Below the pieces are notes generated by a model that was given only the letters and a program-made list of their open reading frames with translations, was not told the DNA's origin and made no database searches. A program made the translations under genes and the position numbers. Shown piece after piece: positions 61,430 through 64,000 of a DNA stretch of 64,000 nucleotides; the stretch's first letter is position 1; each line of letters opens with the position of its first letter. Source of the DNA: Thermodesulfobacteriota bacterium (GTDB taxonomy: Bacteria > Desulfobacterota_D > UBA1144 > Nemesobacterales > JAJCZQ01); the NCBI GenBank assembly GCA_965215275.1, contig OZ244044.1:288001-352000 (forward strand), read 5' to 3'.

Positions 61430-62902
61430 ATGAAAAGTCTGATATTTTTTCTGCTGCTCTTCACGCTACAGTTCACCACTGATACTTCAGCTGCGTCCGA
61501 CCACGATATAAGAAACTCCATAGTCAAGATCTATACCCAGGTTATAACTCCAAGCTACTCTGACCCCTGGACCATGAACAGCACCCGATCCCACACTGGT
61601 TCCGGATGCATAATCTCGGGAAACAGAATACTTACGAACGCCCACGTCATAGCCAATAACACGCTGGTTCAGGTAAGAAGATACGGAGAGGTGAAAAGAT
61701 ACACTGCAAAGGTGCTCTACGTCTCACATGAAGCGGACCTGGGAATATTAACGGTTGATGACCGGGAGTTCTTCAAAGACGTTCAGCCTCTGCAAATCGG
61801 TTCACTTCCAGGAACGCAGGAAGAGGTACTGGTATATGGGTTTCCCAAGGGAGGCGACACTCTCAGTATCACAAAAGGGGTTATTTCCCGTATAGAGCAT
61901 GAACCATACGCCAACAGTAACCTCTCACTGCTTGCTGCACAGATAGATGCACCTATCAATCCAGGGAACAGCGGCGGACCGGCAATAAACAACGGCGTTG
62001 TCTTTGGAATAATAATGCAGACGCTGACCAGAGCGGAAAATATAGGCTATATGGTCCCGCCACCGGTCATTGACCATTTTTTAAAAGATATTGCACAAGG
62101 TAAATACAGCGGATTCCCCTCTCTGGGCATAAGGACGCAGAACATCGAGAACGATGGGCTGAGAAGAAAATACGGACTGAAAGGGGATCGAACCGGCGTG
62201 CTTGTAACGAACGTTGTTCCCGGATCACCGGCAGATGGCAGGATAATGGTCAAGGACGTGCTGCTTTCGGTCGAAGGAAAGTACATCTCCGGGGACGGCA
62301 CAGTGGAGTTCAGACGTAAAGAAAGGACCCACTACTCATACTATATTCAGAACAAACAGATAAACGACGACCTTGACCTGGAGGTCATAAGAAATGGTAA
62401 AAGAACAAAGGTCAGCGTTGTGCTTGATACACCAATGCAGGATATACACCTGGTAAAATTTCAGAAAGAGGCAGTGCCGACCTACTTTATTTACGGCGGG
62501 CTGGTCTTTTCTCCGCTTACCGTTAATTATCTTAAAGAGTGGGGAAGGAACTGGTTCCGTACAGCACCAAGCAAGCTTATAGCAGTGGCTGAAAACGACC
62601 TGAAAAAGAAAGAGAACGAACAGGTCGTCGTTCTGATCAAAATACTGGCTTCAGAGGTCAATCTCGGATACCACGAAAACAGAGACCTGATTATCAAAAA
62701 GGTAAACGGAAAAGATATAAGTAATATAAAAGATCTGGTCAGAACAGTTAAGAACACCAAAGGGAAGTTCGTAAGTTTTGAAGACACGACCGGTACAGAG
62801 ATCGTCCTTGACAGAAAGCAGGCAGAAAGAAAAAACCCCGAGATACTAAGGATCTACAGGATAAACTCGGACAGATCGGACGATCTCAAGAATTTAAGAT
62901 AA
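61430..62902 (+). CDS. HtrA/Deg-like serine protease with PDZ domains
   Basis: Signal peptide; LTNAHV, ADLGIL, INPGNSGGP with intact triad. Confidence 0.92.
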   Translation: MKSLIFFLLLFTLQFTTDTSAASDHDIRNSIVKIYTQVITPSYSDPWTMNSTRSHTGSGCIISGNRILTNAHVIANNTLVQVRRYGEVKRYTAKVLYVSHEADLGILTVDDREFFKDVQPLQIGSLPGTQEEVLVYGFPKGGDTLSITKGVISRIEHEPYANSNLSLLAAQIDAPINPGNSGGPAINNGVVFGIIMQTLTRAENIGYMVPPPVIDHFLKDIAQGKYSGFPSLGIRTQNIENDGLRRKYGLKGDRTGVLVTNVVPGSPADGRIMVKDVLLSVEGKYISGDGTVEFRRKERTHYSYYIQNKQINDDLDLEVIRNGKRTKVSVVLDTPMQDIHLVKFQKEAVPTYFIYGGLVFSPLTVNYLKEWGRNWFRTAPSKLIAVAENDLKKKENEQVVVLIKILASEVNLGYHENRDLIIKKVNGKDISNIKDLVRTVKNTKGKFVSFEDTTGTEIVLDRKQAERKNPEILRIYRINSDRSDDLKNLR

Positions 62903-63398
62903 ACACTTTTCTTGCCTTCATTACGTTCTTATGTTTTGTGAGGAAGAAGTTCTTATTTTTACTGTACCTTCCATGGATCCTCACCACTGAACCATCCTTG
63001 ATATCATCAATAAAACCCCTGCCGTAGACCTTGAGGGTTTTATTATCATCGATCAGATTAAATAAAGTGAACTTTTTACCGTTTATGAACTTCTTATACT
63101 TCAAACCAGATACTCTGCCGTCGATCGTTATAACCTCTTTATTGTACTTATCAGGATCAGACACAACACCTGAGATCGTCAGATCAGACCTCTCAAGCGG
63201 ACCTATATCCGTATAGCTTTTATAACCATCATTAATTTTTGCAGGTAGAGGCGCAGAGTAGATGCCCATATACGTTGGTATGCCTTTATAATCATCATTA
63301 ATTTTTGCAGATACAGGGACACTAAAAGTTAAAATACCAAATAAAAGGATCAGAAACGCACGCAGTATATTGTTGTTCTTGTTCATAATTGATTTCAA
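62886..63398 (-). CDS. Exported OB-fold-like hypothetical protein
   Basis: Signal peptide; DPDKYNKEVITIDGRV...VRIHGRY. Confidence 0.55.
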   Translation of the reverse strand: MKSIMNKNNNILRAFLILLFGILTFSVPVSAKINDDYKGIPTYMGIYSAPLPAKINDGYKSYTDIGPLERSDLTISGVVSDPDKYNKEVITIDGRVSGLKYKKFINGKKFTLFNLIDDNKTLKVYGRGFIDDIKDGSVVRIHGRYSKNKNFFLTKHKNVMKARKVFILNS

Positions 63399-63764
63399 AA
63401 AAAGATCAGAAACAAAAGTATAACCTAAGTTGAGTTACAAACGCTGATAAAAAATACATAATATCTGAATTTTCCGCTAACACACTTTTATATACAGCTA
63501 TTTCAGTCAACCAGGTGTTTAAATAAAAACCTCTATATAACTAACATGACTACACATATGAGGATTGGAAAATATATAACTGCATTCCTGTTCCTCAAAA
63601 GACCTGTTAAAAACCTTCATCTATACCTTAATCAGAAAAATATACACTATTTATTTTAAAAATAAAAATTATGGAATAATATATTTTAGTACCAAAGGTA
63701 ACTATGTTAATAACTTGAACTTTTAATTTGAAACCTTAACTAACTTAATATAAAGTTTCTCTAT

Positions 63765-64000
63765 ATGCCGATTGCAACGAACAAAGAGGTTTCCAGACAT
63801 TATATCGAAGAACTGCAGAACGCAAAAAATCTTGATGTAATCAACGAGATGATGACCGAGGATTGCCAGGTCCATTTCGGTTCAAAGTGTTTAAGCAGGG
63901 AACAATACAAGGATACGGTTGAAACACTCCAGAAGCATTTCCCTGACATCCATGTGATAATCAAAAATCAGGTCGCTGAAGGAGACACGGTCGTAACACA
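63765..64000 (+). CDS. Ester cyclase/SnoaL-like protein (runs off the window)
   Basis: MPIATNKEVSRHYIEEL...HFPDIHVIIKNQVAEGDTVV. Confidence 0.75.
   Translation, partial: MPIATNKEVSRHYIEELQNAKNLDVINEMMTEDCQVHFGSKCLSREQYKDTVETLQKHFPDIHVIIKNQVAEGDTVVT

Overview
Bacterial chromosomal window, mostly housekeeping genes: aat, a complete alternative complex III operon actABCDEF, bioD, bcp, apbC, a DnaJ-class chaperone, hldE, mtnP, rsmG, trmI, nuoN, cysM, obg, tRNA-Lys, tRNA-Glu, and UvrD-like and HtrA-like genes. The gene mix is reminiscent of a Dadabacteria/deltaproteobacterial-type, possibly host-associated organism; this is inference only. Main accessory signals: (1) A family of transposase-less elements with IS1595-like terminal inverted repeats (consensus about GGGAATTATATAGTTAAG). 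One copy carries an intact TnpB whose predicted omegaRNA runs into the TIR, one keeps only a transposase C-terminal scar, and two carry large surface proteins followed by orphan copies of the TnpB 3'/omegaRNA sequence. (2) Three paralogous kexin-like S8/P-domain/Ig-repeat surface proteins, all with broken catalytic triads, each frameshifted by one base in a poly-C tract between the start codon and the signal peptide (contingency-locus pattern). (3) A Type ISP restriction-modification gene that is also split at a C11 tract, inside a 10-kb TPR island bounded by a 212-bp direct repeat. (4) An AT-rich in-frame insertion of about 155 aa in ActB. (5) A decayed HK97-type phage head module. All calls were made by eye from motifs; no database search was run, and homopolymer sequencing error cannot be excluded without reads.
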